NCBI GenBank assembly: GCA_902628335.1
Contig: CACOMO010000004.1
Location: forward strand, 52,877 to 116,876
Direction: 5' to 3'
DNA: 64,000 bases
Origin: an uncultured Gammaproteobacteria bacterium
GTDB lineage: Bacteria > Pseudomonadota > Gammaproteobacteria > GCA-002705445 > GCA-002716945
The translations under genes were made by a program, and so were the position numbers. Within the stretch, counting starts at the first letter, position 1, and the number at the start of each line of letters is the position of its first letter. Under the pieces are notes generated by a model, which saw only the letters and a list, made by a program, of their open reading frames with translations, was not told where the DNA came from and did not search any database. Shown here in pieces: positions 19,305 to 30,770 of the stretch.

Positions 19305-21622
19305 TTTCTTCGTGCTCTAAATCGTCCTCGACCTTTTCTTTTGGGCGCATTTTTTATCATATCGATGCAAACGCTCTCAATAAGAGTCTTTGGGTCTACA
19401 TCTTTGGGTACTCTAGCATTAACTTTTCCGTTTGTTACATATGGGCCGTATGGACCATTTAGTACTTTTATTCCAGATTCTTCGAAAATATTGATCTCTT
19501 TGTTGGCATCAATTTCTCTTTTCTCTTTAATCATTTCTATTGCTTCATTTTCGGTGATTTCAAATATATTTTTTTCCTTAACTGAAACGTTTGTTTTTTT
19601 ACAGTTCACATAAGGCCCAAATGGTCCAATATTGATTAGGATGTCTGTACCATCAAAGGTACCTATCTTGCGAGGAAGTTCAAAAAGCATAAGAGCGTCG
19701 TCAAGTGTGATAGCATCAATATTTTTTTTCTGGTGTGGCATCAAGGCTGCCCATTTAGGCTTCTCTTCATCCTCTTTTGTTCCCATCTGTATCGTCGGGC
19801 CATACTTTGTAAGTCTTACTGTGATTGGTCTTTTAGTTTTGGGATGAAAGCCTAAGTTTTTTAATTCTCTTTGTTCAGAGATATCTACTGTTTCTAGTTT
19901 ATTTTCTAAATTAGATCTGAATGGTTCATAAGTACTCTTTATGCAGCTTATTGCATCTTTATCACCGTTTGCTATTTCGTCAAGATTGTCCTCAAGTCGT
20001 GCGGTAAATTCAAAATCAACCAGATCTTTGCTGAAATGTTTCGTTAGAGTATCACAAACAACTCTAGCAAGTGCCGTTGGTTGGAAATTACTTTTCTCAG
20101 GATCTACATAATTACTCTCTAATATCTTGGATATTATAGTTACGTAAGTAGATGGCCTACCTATGCCTAATTCCTCTAAAGCTTGAATAAGACTTGCTTG
20201 GTTGTATCTGGGTGGAGGTTGTGTAAATTTTTGCTCTAGGTTTATCGATTTTATATCCAATTCATCACCAGTCTTAATATCCTCTAGAATTCTTTTATTG
20301 ATTTTATCTTTTTCATCAGTGTCAGATAAATCATAAATCTCTTTGAAACCATTTTCTTTTAAAAATGATCCAGAATATCTAAACTCATATTCATTACTCA
20401 AATCAAACTCTAGTGTAACTTGATTATACACCGCATCAGTCATTTGTGATGCTACAGTTCTCTTCCATATCAGATCGTAAAGTTTATATTCTTGTTCCTC
20501 AAGGTATTGCTTGACCTTTTCAGGAGTATTGTTAATTGATGTTGGTCTGATGGCCTCATGTGCCTCTTGTGCATTTTTTACTTTTTTGGAATATTTTCGT
20601 TCATCTTGAGATTTAAATTGAGGATAATTCTTACTCAGATAATCATCGATATCATTTAGACAATCTTTAGATAAAGTTGTTGAGTCAGTTCTCATGTATG
20701 ATATGAGTCCTACAACATTATCACCACCCAGTTGTAGGCCTTGATATAGTCTTTGTGCAATACTGGAGGTCTGTCTTACAGAGAAACCTAGTGAAGAATA
20801 TGCAGTTTGTTGTAATGATGCGGTTGTAAATGGTGCCTTTGGCTTCATTCTTCTATCAGAGGTTTTTGTATTTTTTACAATTATTTTTTTTTGTTTTGAC
20901 AGAGATTTTTTTATACCTTCTGCCATTGTTTGATTTTCTATGTTTGTAATATTTTTTTGTTTAACTTTCTTGCCGTTTATAGATACTAAATCTAAATCGA
21001 TACAATTTTTATTTTTGCATGCATTCAGTGCTACTAACCAATATTCAGTCGGATTATAGTTATCAATTTCTCTCTCTCGTTCGACTATCAACCTCAACGC
21101 CGGACTTTGAACCCTACCTCCTCTAGCAAGTCTACTTACTTTTTTCCAAAGAAATTCTGAAATATCGTATCCCATTAGATAATCAAGGGTTCTTCTGGCA
21201 ACATAAGCATTCCATAGATCATCTGAAATTTCTCTTGGATTCTGTATGGCCTCAGAAACTGCTGTTTTGGTTATCTCATTAAAAGCAACTCTATAAGTTT
21301 TTTTTCCTTTAAGAATCTTTGCTTTGTCGAGAATTTCATATATGTGTTTTGATATAGCTTCACCTTCTCTATCCGGATCTGTTGCAAAGTAGACATTTTC
21401 AGCTTTTTTTGATGCTTCCTTGATATCTTTCATGACGTCTTTTTTATCTTTTGATATTTTCCAAACAGGTTCGTAATTATTCTCCACATCAATTCCCTTA
21501 CGTGAGCTTGCCATGAGATCTCTAACATGACCAACTGACGCAAGTACTTTAAAGTCTTTACCAAGAAACTTCTCAATAGATTTCACTTTTGTTGGCGATT
21601 CTACTATTAACAAATTTTTCAT
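19301..21622 (-). CDS. topA: Type IA DNA topoisomerase I
   Basis: IVESPTK, ATDPDREGEAI, GRVQS, ISYMRTD and AQEAHEAIRPT; C-terminal GPYGPYV-type repeats rather than Cys4 ribbons. Confidence 0.97.
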   Translation of the reverse strand: MKNLLIVESPTKVKSIEKFLGKDFKVLASVGHVRDLMASSRKGIDVENNYEPVWKISKDKKDVMKDIKEASKKAENVYFATDPDREGEAISKHIYEILDKAKILKGKKTYRVAFNEITKTAVSEAIQNPREISDDLWNAYVARRTLDYLMGYDISEFLWKKVSRLARGGRVQSPALRLIVEREREIDNYNPTEYWLVALNACKNKNCIDLDLVSINGKKVKQKNITNIENQTMAEGIKKSLSKQKKIIVKNTKTSDRRMKPKAPFTTASLQQTAYSSLGFSVRQTSSIAQRLYQGLQLGGDNVVGLISYMRTDSTTLSKDCLNDIDDYLSKNYPQFKSQDERKYSKKVKNAQEAHEAIRPTSINNTPEKVKQYLEEQEYKLYDLIWKRTVASQMTDAVYNQVTLEFDLSNEYEFRYSGSFLKENGFKEIYDLSDTDEKDKINKRILEDIKTGDELDIKSINLEQKFTQPPPRYNQASLIQALEELGIGRPSTYVTIISKILESNYVDPEKSNFQPTALARVVCDTLTKHFSKDLVDFEFTARLEDNLDEIANGDKDAISCIKSTYEPFRSNLENKLETVDISEQRELKNLGFHPKTKRPITVRLTKYGPTIQMGTKEDEEKPKWAALMPHQKKNIDAITLDDALMLFELPRKIGTFDGTDILINIGPFGPYVNCKKTNVSVKEKNIFEITENEAIEMIKEKREIDANKEINIFEESGIKVLNGPYGPYVTNGKVNARVPKDVDPKTLIESVCIDMIKNAPKRKGRGRFRARRK

Positions 21623-21707
21623 TATATGTTTGCTATTAAATATATATTTTTTTACTTTATACTATTAAAATGATTACCATTACAATAGATTTTTGATTTT
21701 TTTACTA

Positions 21708-22244
21708 ATGAGTACATTTGAAATATTGCACTTCCCTGATTCTAGGCTACGCCAAATTGCTGAAGAAATAACGGTTTTTGATGAAGAATTAGCGACTTTA
21801 GCAAATAAAATGCTATCGACAATGTATGAGTCCAAAGGCATTGGATTAGCTGCGATTCAGGTAAATGTAAAGAAGCGGCTCGTGGTTATTGACGTAAGTG
21901 AATCTAGAGATGAGCCGTTGTTTCTGATTAATCCTGAGATATATGAAAAAAGCAATAAAATCCAATCAGAGGAAGGCTGCTTATCTGTGCCTGGATTTTA
22001 CGACAAGGTAGAAAGATACAACAATATCAAATACAAGAGCATGGATTTCAAAGGTAACTGCAAAGACTATGAAGCTGAGGGTTTATTGGCGGTTTGTATA
22101 CAGCATGAAATAGATCATTTGAATGGGAAACTTTTTGTAGATTATCTCTCTGATTTGAAGAGAGAACGTATAGCAAAAAAAATTCAAAAACTTAGCGCGC
22201 AAGGTAAGCTGCCATCTAGAAAAGATGTTCCTTACTCAATATAA
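21708..22244 (+). CDS. def: Peptide deformylase
   Basis: GIGLAA.Q, EGCLS and QHEIDHL motifs. Confidence 0.97.
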   Translation: MSTFEILHFPDSRLRQIAEEITVFDEELATLANKMLSTMYESKGIGLAAIQVNVKKRLVVIDVSESRDEPLFLINPEIYEKSNKIQSEEGCLSVPGFYDKVERYNNIKYKSMDFKGNCKDYEAEGLLAVCIQHEIDHLNGKLFVDYLSDLKRERIAKKIQKLSAQGKLPSRKDVPYSI

Positions 22245-22252
22245 AAGAGGAA

Positions 22253-23194
22253 TTGAAATTGAAAATTATCTATTTCGGTAGTCCTGATTATTCATTAATA
22301 GTTTTTAAGAGACTCTTAGAAAGTTCACATGATATAGTAGCAGTAGTTACCCAAGATGCAAAAAGAGGTCGCAGAAACAAGCAAGAGAAGACACCAGTTG
22401 GTTTATTCAGTGAATTAAATTCTATCGATACGTTCTATCCAAGCGATCTTAATGATGAAGATTTCCATAGAAAATTATATGAGTATGAACCAGACCTGAT
22501 TATTGTGTATTCATATGGGAAAATATTACCTAAGAAAATCCTTGATATTCCAAAGTTAGACTCAGTAAACATTCATTGTTCAATTTTACCAAGATGGAGA
22601 GGAGCATCACCGATTCAAAGGGCAATTCAAAATGATGATAGAATAACTGGTGTATCTTTTTTTTCTATGCAAGCTGAATTGGACACTGGAGAGATCTTAT
22701 ACTCTCACACTATAGATCTAGATGATTTTCATAATACTAAATCCTTACAAGTCGAATTATCAAATATTGCAGGTAATGTTATTATTGATGTAATAAAAAA
22801 TTTATCCAGTAATAGTAAAATAGTTACACAGAAAGAATCTGAAGCTACCTATGCAAAAAAAATTACTAAAGACGAAGCAAAAATATCATGGGGAGATCCA
22901 TGCAGAGAAATATTCTGTAAAGTTCGAGCATTTATTGAATGGCCTGTAGCTGAAGCAAAAATATTAGATGAAATTATAAAGATCTACGATATTGATTATG
23001 AAATATGCGAACATAATAGTAATGTTGGTGAGATTATAGGGTTAAGTGCTAATAATTTATCTATCAGGGCGAGTGATGGAGTAATAAAAATTCACAAATT
23101 GCAACTTCCTGGAGGTAAACCAATTACCGCCAATGATCTAAATAACTCTAATTCTGCTTTCAGTAAAAATATCAAGAGAAATTCAAAAAAATAA
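22253..23194 (+). CDS. fmt: Methionyl-tRNA formyltransferase
   Basis: NIH.SILPRWRGASPIQRAI and LDTG motifs; follows def. Confidence 0.95.
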   Translation: MKLKIIYFGSPDYSLIVFKRLLESSHDIVAVVTQDAKRGRRNKQEKTPVGLFSELNSIDTFYPSDLNDEDFHRKLYEYEPDLIIVYSYGKILPKKILDIPKLDSVNIHCSILPRWRGASPIQRAIQNDDRITGVSFFSMQAELDTGEILYSHTIDLDDFHNTKSLQVELSNIAGNVIIDVIKNLSSNSKIVTQKESEATYAKKITKDEAKISWGDPCREIFCKVRAFIEWPVAEAKILDEIIKIYDIDYEICEHNSNVGEIIGLSANNLSIRASDGVIKIHKLQLPGGKPITANDLNNSNSAFSKNIKRNSKK

Positions 23195-23265
23195 AGTACT
23201 TTTGGTCTTAATTTCTATCTTGTTTGGTGTAGAATAAAGTCAAATGTTTTTAAACATAACTTAAC

Positions 23266-24636
23266 ATGAAAAAAATTATAGTCTTCGGTGGCGGACAAGT
23301 CGGCTCCTCAGTCGCTAAGATATTATCTGATGATGGCAATGATATCACGCTTGTAGACGTAGATAAGACTGTTCTCGAAAACTTAAAAGAACAAATAGAC
23401 ATAAAAACAATTCATGGGCTGGCCTCACACCCATCTATCCAGAGACTTGCTGATGCAGATAATTCAGACATGGTTATAGCTGTGACGGGCAATGATGAGG
23501 TGAATATGGCAGCCTGTCATGTAGCAAAAAACATATTTAATGTCCCTAAAAGAATTGCACGATTAAGAGCTAACGAATATTTGAATAATGAGGATGGCTT
23601 CCAAAAGACATTCTTCTCTATAAATGACGTCATAAGTCCAAACATTTTAGTTACTGACTATGTTAAAAATATCATAGATCATCCTGGAGCATTTCAAGCT
23701 TTTAAATTTGCCTCAGGAAAAGTCCATGTAATTGCAGCAACAGTGTTATCTAATGGCCCACTTGCTAGAAAAAGATTATCTGAATTTAGAGAGCACCTGC
23801 CAAATGTAGATGTGAAAGTTGTCGCTATATTTCGTGAGAAGAAATATTTGATTCCAGATGATGACACTTTTATCATGCCGGATGATGATGTTCTTTTTAT
23901 AGCCACTGAGGAAAATATGCGCTTTATGAGTGAGCTAAGAAAAATAACAGATGAGCCCCATAATGTAATGATAGCAGGTGGAGGCAGAGTAGGATCAGCT
24001 TTAGCTAAAAAATTAGAAGATACATATAATCTTAAACTTATTGAGAAAGACAGATTGGTGGCTAAGAACATTTCAGAGAATCTCTCCTCAACAGTCGTTT
24101 TAAATAATGATATTGCAGACGAGACGATGTTGAAAAATGAAAATATTAATGATGTTGATTATTTTTGTGCAGTGACTAGTGATGATCAAGCAAACATATT
24201 GTCCGCAAAACTTGCTAAAGACATGGGAGCCGGAAAGACCATAGCTATAGTAAATAAATCATCATATAGGAATTTAGTCTCAAAAGAAATAGATGTAGTT
24301 GTCTCACCAGAGGATGTCACAATAGGATCACTATTAGCATCAGTTAGAACAAGTGATATTGTTAGTGTAAATAGAATTGGTGATGTGGATGGTGAAGTTA
24401 TGGAAATCATTGCTCATGGTGATAAGAAAACTTCTAACCTTGTAGGGAATAAAATATCGCATCTTGAATTACCTAAATCTATTATAATCGGTGCTGTAGT
24501 AAGGGATAATAATGTGATACTAGCTAATGAAGATATAGAAATCCGAGACGAAGATCACATAATTATTTTTGCTTTTGATAAGAAAGAACTCCCAACTATT
24601 GAAAAACTTTTCCAGGTAAACGTAGGCTTTTTTTAA
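23266..24636 (+). CDS. trkA: Trk potassium uptake NAD-binding subunit
   Basis: Two RCK_N domains (GGGQVG and AGGGRVG); C-terminal FQV..GFF. Confidence 0.95.
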   Translation: MKKIIVFGGGQVGSSVAKILSDDGNDITLVDVDKTVLENLKEQIDIKTIHGLASHPSIQRLADADNSDMVIAVTGNDEVNMAACHVAKNIFNVPKRIARLRANEYLNNEDGFQKTFFSINDVISPNILVTDYVKNIIDHPGAFQAFKFASGKVHVIAATVLSNGPLARKRLSEFREHLPNVDVKVVAIFREKKYLIPDDDTFIMPDDDVLFIATEENMRFMSELRKITDEPHNVMIAGGGRVGSALAKKLEDTYNLKLIEKDRLVAKNISENLSSTVVLNNDIADETMLKNENINDVDYFCAVTSDDQANILSAKLAKDMGAGKTIAIVNKSSYRNLVSKEIDVVVSPEDVTIGSLLASVRTSDIVSVNRIGDVDGEVMEIIAHGDKKTSNLVGNKISHLELPKSIIIGAVVRDNNVILANEDIEIRDEDHIIIFAFDKKELPTIEKLFQVNVGFF

Positions 24637-24639
24637 AAA

Positions 24640-26088
24640 ATGAATTACGCGTTAATACAAAAAACTTTAGGTATGATGACATTAGTTTTTGCGACCATTC
24701 TCTTTATCCCATTTATTACCTCAATATCTTATAATGATGGAAACATTTTATCTTTTATTTATTCTTTTATCATAATCTTTGCTATTGGGAGCCTTTTGTT
24801 TTTTCCTAATATGAAGAATAGTTTTAATTCAAATATGAAAATTAAAGAGGGGTTTCTTATAGTCGTTCTATTTTGGTTTCTGCTGAGTTTTTTTGGGAGC
24901 TTTCCTTTTATGTTTGATAATAATTTATCCATGAGTTTTACAGATGCTTTCTTTGAGTCTGTTTCTGGGTGGACTACTACCGGCGCAACAATCATTACTA
25001 ATTTGGACGATCTTTCGCCCTCGATCTTAATTTATCGTCAGCTTTTGCAATGGTTAGGTGGTATGGGGATTGTTGTCTTGGCACTTGCTGTTTTACCTAT
25101 GTTGGGTGTTGGTGGTATGCAACTATATAAAGCAGAGTCTGGTGGACCAATAAAAGATAATAAAATTTCTCCTAGAATAGCTGAAACTGCCCAGAATCTC
25201 TGGAAGGTCTATCTTGGCTTAACCATTATATGTGCTGGAGCATACTACGTTGCTGGTATGAGCTTATTTGATGCTGTTGCACACAGTTTTTCAACGATTG
25301 CAATTGGTGGTTTCTCAACTCATAGTCAGAGTATCGCATATTTCAATAGCATGAAAATAGAAATTGTTTGCATGATATTTATGTTTTTATCTGCATTAAA
25401 TTTTATACTGCATTTTCACTCGTTAAAAAGTCGAAGTTTAAAAATATACTTTAAGGATGTTGAATTTAGATTATATCTGCTATTAATTATATCATCATCA
25501 ATTCTATTACTTATCTACTCATCTTTGATGTATGGGAATCAAATCTCTAGTATGAGCATCCTATTTCAGGTGGTCTCATTTATTACTACCTCTGGTTTCA
25601 TTTCAACTTCTTATGAAACTTGGCCAGTATCCATTATTAGTGTACTTATTTTTTTAAGTTTTTTGGGTGCGTGTGCTGGGTCTACTGGTGGTGGTATTAA
25701 AATTATTAGAGTTCTATTTATTATTAAAGAGCTTAAAAGAGGATTAATAAAAATTATTCATCCAACCGCTGAAGTACCGATTAAGATTAATGACCATGCG
25801 ATTAGTGAGAACGTCTCAATTAATATCTTATTATTTTTTATTTTCTACTTGATATCATATGTTTTTCTATCATTAGCACTTTTATTTACGGGACTTGACG
25901 CAACAACAGCATTCTCATCTATAGCAGCATGCTTAAATAATTTAGGCCCAGGGGCAGGAAGTGTTATAGATAATTATAGCTCTGTTAACACAATATCCAA
26001 ATACATTCTCTCATTTACAATGTTACTTGGCAGACTTGAGATCTACACGTTACTCATTATAATGACCCCGTACTTTTGGAAATACTAG
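24640..26088 (+). CDS. trkH: Trk potassium uptake membrane subunit
   Basis: FESVSGWTTTGA, QWLGGMG, GSTGGGIK and MLLGRLE motifs. Confidence 0.96.
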   Translation: MNYALIQKTLGMMTLVFATILFIPFITSISYNDGNILSFIYSFIIIFAIGSLLFFPNMKNSFNSNMKIKEGFLIVVLFWFLLSFFGSFPFMFDNNLSMSFTDAFFESVSGWTTTGATIITNLDDLSPSILIYRQLLQWLGGMGIVVLALAVLPMLGVGGMQLYKAESGGPIKDNKISPRIAETAQNLWKVYLGLTIICAGAYYVAGMSLFDAVAHSFSTIAIGGFSTHSQSIAYFNSMKIEIVCMIFMFLSALNFILHFHSLKSRSLKIYFKDVEFRLYLLLIISSSILLLIYSSLMYGNQISSMSILFQVVSFITTSGFISTSYETWPVSIISVLIFLSFLGACAGSTGGGIKIIRVLFIIKELKRGLIKIIHPTAEVPIKINDHAISENVSINILLFFIFYLISYVFLSLALLFTGLDATTAFSSIAACLNNLGPGAGSVIDNYSSVNTISKYILSFTMLLGRLEIYTLLIIMTPYFWKY

Positions 26089-26094
26089 ATTCAT

Positions 26095-27072
26095 ATGAGT
26101 AAAGACAAACCATTTTGTTCTATTAACAATATGCTTGATATAAAGTCCTCCGAGGCAGAGAGATTTACAACGGATTATCTTTACCCCCGTTATTGGCTAA
26201 CGTGGATAGTACTAATTTTATCTTTTTTTATTAATATTATGCCAGACTCATTCCGAATTCTTTTTGGGAGTAAAGTAGGAGATTTACTTTATAGAACCAA
26301 TGCGAAAAGAAGGCGTATTGCCAAAAGTAATTTGTCTTTGTGTTTCAAAAACAAATCTGAAAAAGAAATAAATGTTATCACTAGAGAATATTTTCGTAAT
26401 TTAGGTAGATCATTTCTTGATATGTCTATTTTATGGTGGCGCAGTAGTGATTCACTTAGGAAATCTTGTCATATAGAAAATATCAATTTACTCCAAAATT
26501 CTCTTGATAAGGGGAAAGGAGTTATTCTCTTAGCTGTTCACTCAACATCACTAGATTTTGGAGGAAGGTCTATATCTAATTATCCAGTTATTAGCATGTA
26601 TAAGCCTTTTAGAAATAAGTTTATCAATTGGTTAATAGGAAGGTCTCGATGTAAAAATGATGATAATGCAGTCATATTTTCTAGAGATAATTTCCCATTT
26701 AAAACTTTAGTAAAGATTCTAAAAAAACCTAATATTTTTTACTACATTGGAGATGAAGATCTTAGTTTGAGAGAGTCAGAGTTTGCTAATTTCTTTGATG
26801 ACAGGAAAGCAACATTATTAACAATAAGAAAGATTGCTCAGCTTACAGATTGTACGATTATACCATGTATAAACATCTATGATAAAACCACTGGGAAGTA
26901 CGTTACATACTTGGATGAGCCAGTAACAGATTTTCCGTCAGACTCCCCTAGTAAAGATGCTCGCACAATCAATCTGTGTTTTGAGAGATCAATATCAAGA
27001 AAAGTTGATCAATATATGTGGAGTTTGAGAATCTTTCAAAATAGAGAGAAAGGAAAAAATTATCCATACTAA
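26095..27072 (+). CDS. Lipid A late acyltransferase (LpxL/LpxP family)
   Basis: PRYWLTW, RRRIA..NL.LCF, HxxxxD-like HSTSLD and QYMW motifs. Confidence 0.85.
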   Translation: MSKDKPFCSINNMLDIKSSEAERFTTDYLYPRYWLTWIVLILSFFINIMPDSFRILFGSKVGDLLYRTNAKRRRIAKSNLSLCFKNKSEKEINVITREYFRNLGRSFLDMSILWWRSSDSLRKSCHIENINLLQNSLDKGKGVILLAVHSTSLDFGGRSISNYPVISMYKPFRNKFINWLIGRSRCKNDDNAVIFSRDNFPFKTLVKILKKPNIFYYIGDEDLSLRESEFANFFDDRKATLLTIRKIAQLTDCTIIPCINIYDKTTGKYVTYLDEPVTDFPSDSPSKDARTINLCFERSISRKVDQYMWSLRIFQNREKGKNYPY

Positions 27073-27129
27073 AGAAATATTTATTACTACGATCTATTTT
27101 TTGTATTTATAATAGCTTAAAATATACTC

Positions 27130-28071
27130 GTGGAACTATTTGACCCAATTAAACCTTTCTCCGAATTTTCTTTTGATACTGGTGATGGCCATGCACTATA
27201 TGTTGAAATCTCTGGTAATAAAAATGGAATTCCTGTAATTTTCCTTCACGGTGGGCCTGGAGCAGGGAGTAATGAAATCTACAGGAGATACTTTAATCCT
27301 AAAAAATACAAAATAATTTTATTTGATCAACGTGGTTGTGGGAAATCCACTCCATTTGGTTCATGTGATAATAATACCACTGATCACTTGATTGATGACA
27401 TAAAAAAGATTCTTCATCATCTAAGTATTCCAGAGGTAATAATTTATGGTGGTTCATGGGGATCAACATTGGCATTACTGTTCGCTCAAAAGTATCCTGA
27501 AACAGTTAAATCACTGGTCCTTAGAGGAATATTCCTTTGTCGTGAATTAGATATACAATGGTTTTACCAAAAAGGAGCAGATTCAATATTTCCTGATTAC
27601 TGGAGACTATTTGTTAAAGACATTCCTCAAGAAGAGATGTGTGACATGTTGACTGCCTTTCACAAACGAATTCACTCCGAAGAATTAGAGGTATCTAATC
27701 AATTTTGTAAGCAGTGGTCCATTTGGGAAGGTCATTGTTCAACGTTACTACCTACTAAAAAAGTTGTAGAACAATTTGATAAATGTGCAGTATCACTTGC
27801 TAAAATTGAGACTCATTTTTTCAAAAATAACTGTTTTATAGAAGAGAATCAGATAATTAAAAATATAGACAGGATTAAACACATCAAATGTTTTATAGTG
27901 CATGGTCGGTATGATATTGTGTGTCCATTTAATCAGGCCTTCGATTTGCACAATTGTTACGATAATTCTGAACTGAATATAATAAATGATGCTGGACATT
28001 CACTCCTAGAACCTGGCATCACTAGAAAGATTCTTGAAATTTTTGAGGAGCCGTCTAATTTTGATCATTAG
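27130..28071 (+). CDS. pip: Proline iminopeptidase
   Basis: HGGPG, FDQRGCG.S, GGSWGSTL, GRYD..CP and AGHS motifs. Confidence 0.95.
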   Translation: MELFDPIKPFSEFSFDTGDGHALYVEISGNKNGIPVIFLHGGPGAGSNEIYRRYFNPKKYKIILFDQRGCGKSTPFGSCDNNTTDHLIDDIKKILHHLSIPEVIIYGGSWGSTLALLFAQKYPETVKSLVLRGIFLCRELDIQWFYQKGADSIFPDYWRLFVKDIPQEEMCDMLTAFHKRIHSEELEVSNQFCKQWSIWEGHCSTLLPTKKVVEQFDKCAVSLAKIETHFFKNNCFIEENQIIKNIDRIKHIKCFIVHGRYDIVCPFNQAFDLHNCYDNSELNIINDAGHSLLEPGITRKILEIFEEPSNFDH

Positions 28072-28807
28072 GTTTATTTTGTTGTCATTTTTTTTATACT
28101 CTTGCACAAAAGAAATCGTTCCAAACTATTTAAGAGAATCAAATATCAATGAACAGTTTGTTCAAGAACAGTTTGACTCAGACATTATAAATATTCGACT
28201 AGATGACAATAAAACTTTCGTAATGCTACAAAATGTCGAGAGTACTAACACGGCACCTATACTCTTGCTTCATGGAAGAGGTCTTTATCCCAATGAACCA
28301 CTCGTGATGAATCCAATTAGAGAAGGCTTAGAGTCTGAATATAATATATTCTCTATACAGCTTCCTGTATTGGATAAAGGTGCTACATATTATGATTATA
28401 AAAAAATATTTACCTATTCAAACGAGAGAATATTAAAAGTATTAGAAAAAATATATTCTGAACACGGTAAAGTTATTATCATAGCGCATAGTTGTGGCGC
28501 GCATATGTTGGGCTCATATTTAGATAGCAAAGGAAGTTTATATCTTGATTCAGTTGTTCTTTTAGGAGCAGGAGCAGTAGATAAAGATCAAACAGCAGAT
28601 TTTTTTGACTACAGCTCATTAGGCATAAAATTATTAAATGTCTACGGAGAGTTTGATCATAATTCTGTTGTTCAGCACAATAGCTATCTCATGTCTTTAG
28701 AGTCAGAGAATATTACTCACATTATGATTAGTGATGCTGATCATTATTATAGGGATCAAAGTGAATCTGTTCTATTAATTCTAAAAAAATGGCTTATATC
28801 ACGCTAA
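28034..28807 (+). CDS. Alpha/beta hydrolase, probable lipoprotein (DUF3530-like)
   Basis: Hydrophobic N-terminus with lipobox-like LYSC; LLHGRG, nucleophile elbow AHSCG and ADH; true start probably slightly downstream. Confidence 0.7.
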   Translation: MKFLRSRLILIIRFILLSFFLYSCTKEIVPNYLRESNINEQFVQEQFDSDIINIRLDDNKTFVMLQNVESTNTAPILLLHGRGLYPNEPLVMNPIREGLESEYNIFSIQLPVLDKGATYYDYKKIFTYSNERILKVLEKIYSEHGKVIIIAHSCGAHMLGSYLDSKGSLYLDSVVLLGAGAVDKDQTADFFDYSSLGIKLLNVYGEFDHNSVVQHNSYLMSLESENITHIMISDADHYYRDQSESVLLILKKWLISR

Positions 28808-28824
28808 TATGTTATAGATAGCAT

Positions 28825-29418
28825 ATGAAAAATCGTGAAGCTAATGTTGAGAGGAATACTAAAGAAACTCAAATCGTTGCTAGTGTGGATCTAGATGGAA
28901 ATGGCGTTGCAGACCTCAAGGCCGATCTTCCTTTTCTCGAGCACATGTTAGAACAAGTTGCAAGACATGGAATGATGGATCTCAAGATTCATGCTAGAGG
29001 TGATCTTCAAATTGATGCTCACCACACAGTTGAGGATATAGGCATCGTTCTCGGTCAAGTGATTGATAAGGCATTAGGTGAAAAACTTGGAATAAATAGG
29101 TTTGGTTCTTCTTATGTTCCATTAGATGAATCTTTGTCGAGAGTAGTTTTAGACTTCTCTGGGAGGCCGGGTTTACAGTACAATGTATCTTACCCGAGAT
29201 CACGAGTCGGTGAATTTGATGTAGATTTGCTTCAGGAATTTTTCCACGGTTTCGTAAATCATGCGAAGGCTACAGTCCATATTGACAATCTAAGGGGTGC
29301 TAATTCACACCATATTGCTGAAACAATTTTCAAGGCGTTTGGAAAGGCGTTAAAGGTTGCAGTAGCACTTGACCCAAGAAACTTAAATAAAATACCATCA
29401 ACGAAAGAAAAGCTTTAA
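28825..29418 (+). CDS. hisB: Imidazoleglycerol-phosphate dehydratase
   Basis: [16 protein letters not shown] and NSHHIAE..FKAFG motifs. Confidence 0.97.
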   Translation: MKNREANVERNTKETQIVASVDLDGNGVADLKADLPFLEHMLEQVARHGMMDLKIHARGDLQIDAHHTVEDIGIVLGQVIDKALGEKLGINRFGSSYVPLDESLSRVVLDFSGRPGLQYNVSYPRSRVGEFDVDLLQEFFHGFVNHAKATVHIDNLRGANSHHIAETIFKAFGKALKVAVALDPRNLNKIPSTKEKL

Positions 29419-30041
29419 TGTCAAAAATTTCTGTTATTGATTATGGCATGGGTAATATTCACAGTGTAGCTAAAGCACTTCAAAAAGTATGTGGGAAAGA
29501 ACACAAAGTGGTGATATCAAACTCAATCAAGGAAATTAAATCAAGTGATAAAATAGTATTTCCAGGACAAGGTGCTGCTAGGCTATGTATGGATAACTTA
29601 CGAAATAAATTTAATTTGGTTGAATTTAGAGAATTAATCTCTCAAAAGCCTTTTCTTGGAATTTGTATGGGTTTACAGATTCTAATGACATTTAGCGAGG
29701 AGGATAATACTGAGTGCCTTGATATATTCAATGGACGTGTTGAACAAATACAATCATCAAATGGCCAGATCAAATTACCTCACATGGGTTGGAGTAAGGT
29801 AAACTTTACAAAAGATCATTCTTTGAGGGATCAAATTGGAAATGATTCATTTTTTTACTTTGTGCATAGCTATTATGTTTCTACTCCATCGCGTGAAGAT
29901 ATTATGTCTTTTACAGAATATGGTTGTAAATTTATATCCTCATTACAGAAAGATAATATATTAGCCGTTCAATTTCATCCTGAAAAAAGTTCCACAGCTG
30001 GCCTGAAATTATTAAGTAACTTTATTAACTGGAGGGTATGA
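29418..30041 (+). CDS. hisH: Imidazole glycerol phosphate synthase, glutaminase subunit
   Basis: DYGMGN, FPGQG, GICMG.Q, YFVHSY and QFHPEKS motifs. Confidence 0.96.
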   Translation: MSKISVIDYGMGNIHSVAKALQKVCGKEHKVVISNSIKEIKSSDKIVFPGQGAARLCMDNLRNKFNLVEFRELISQKPFLGICMGLQILMTFSEEDNTECLDIFNGRVEQIQSSNGQIKLPHMGWSKVNFTKDHSLRDQIGNDSFFYFVHSYYVSTPSREDIMSFTEYGCKFISSLQKDNILAVQFHPEKSSTAGLKLLSNFINWRV

Positions 30042-30770
30042 ATGAAAATATTGCCCGCTATTGATATTTTAGATGGATCTTGTGTTAGGTTAAATAAAGG
30101 GGATTACAGTCAAGTAACCAAATACTCAGACGATCCTCTGTCTGTGGCTTCACAGTGGCATCAAGTTGGTATAAGAACAATTCATATTGTTGATTTAGAT
30201 GGTGCAAGAGCAGGCAAACCTGCTAACTTCAGAGTTATTAAGAAAATAAGGGAAGCTTTTGATGATTTTTATATACAGGTAGGAGGAGGTATTAGAACAA
30301 TAGAATCTATATCCGCGTATGTAAAGTCAGGGATAGACAAGGTTATAATTGGAACAAAAGCTCTTTCGTCACCAAGTTTTCTAGAATCAATACCAAAAAA
30401 CTTAAAGGAAAAAGTCATTATTGATATTGCAATGAATAACAGTTTTTTGGCAACTGATGGCTGGGTTGAAAAATCAAATGTTAAGATTACTGACTTTATC
30501 GAGTTTCTTGAAAATAATGAAATTAGAGAACTTGTAGTTACTGACATTAATAAAGATGGAATGTTGTCAGGTATTAACATAGAGATGTATAATCATATTT
30601 CATCAATGACAAATATACCGATAATTGTATCTGGTGGAATAACAACATTAGAGGATGTAAAAAAAATAATTTCAATTAGAGCAAAAGGTCTAAGTGGTAT
30701 AATCATAGGTAAAGCGATTTACGAAAATAAAATCAGTATATCTGATCTAGTTAAACTGGAGATCCTATAG
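30042..30770 (+). CDS. hisA: ProFAR isomerase
   Basis: [25 protein letters not shown] and TDI.KDGML.G motifs. Confidence 0.96.
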   Translation: MKILPAIDILDGSCVRLNKGDYSQVTKYSDDPLSVASQWHQVGIRTIHIVDLDGARAGKPANFRVIKKIREAFDDFYIQVGGGIRTIESISAYVKSGIDKVIIGTKALSSPSFLESIPKNLKEKVIIDIAMNNSFLATDGWVEKSNVKITDFIEFLENNEIRELVVTDINKDGMLSGINIEMYNHISSMTNIPIIVSGGITTLEDVKKIISIRAKGLSGIIIGKAIYENKISISDLVKLEIL

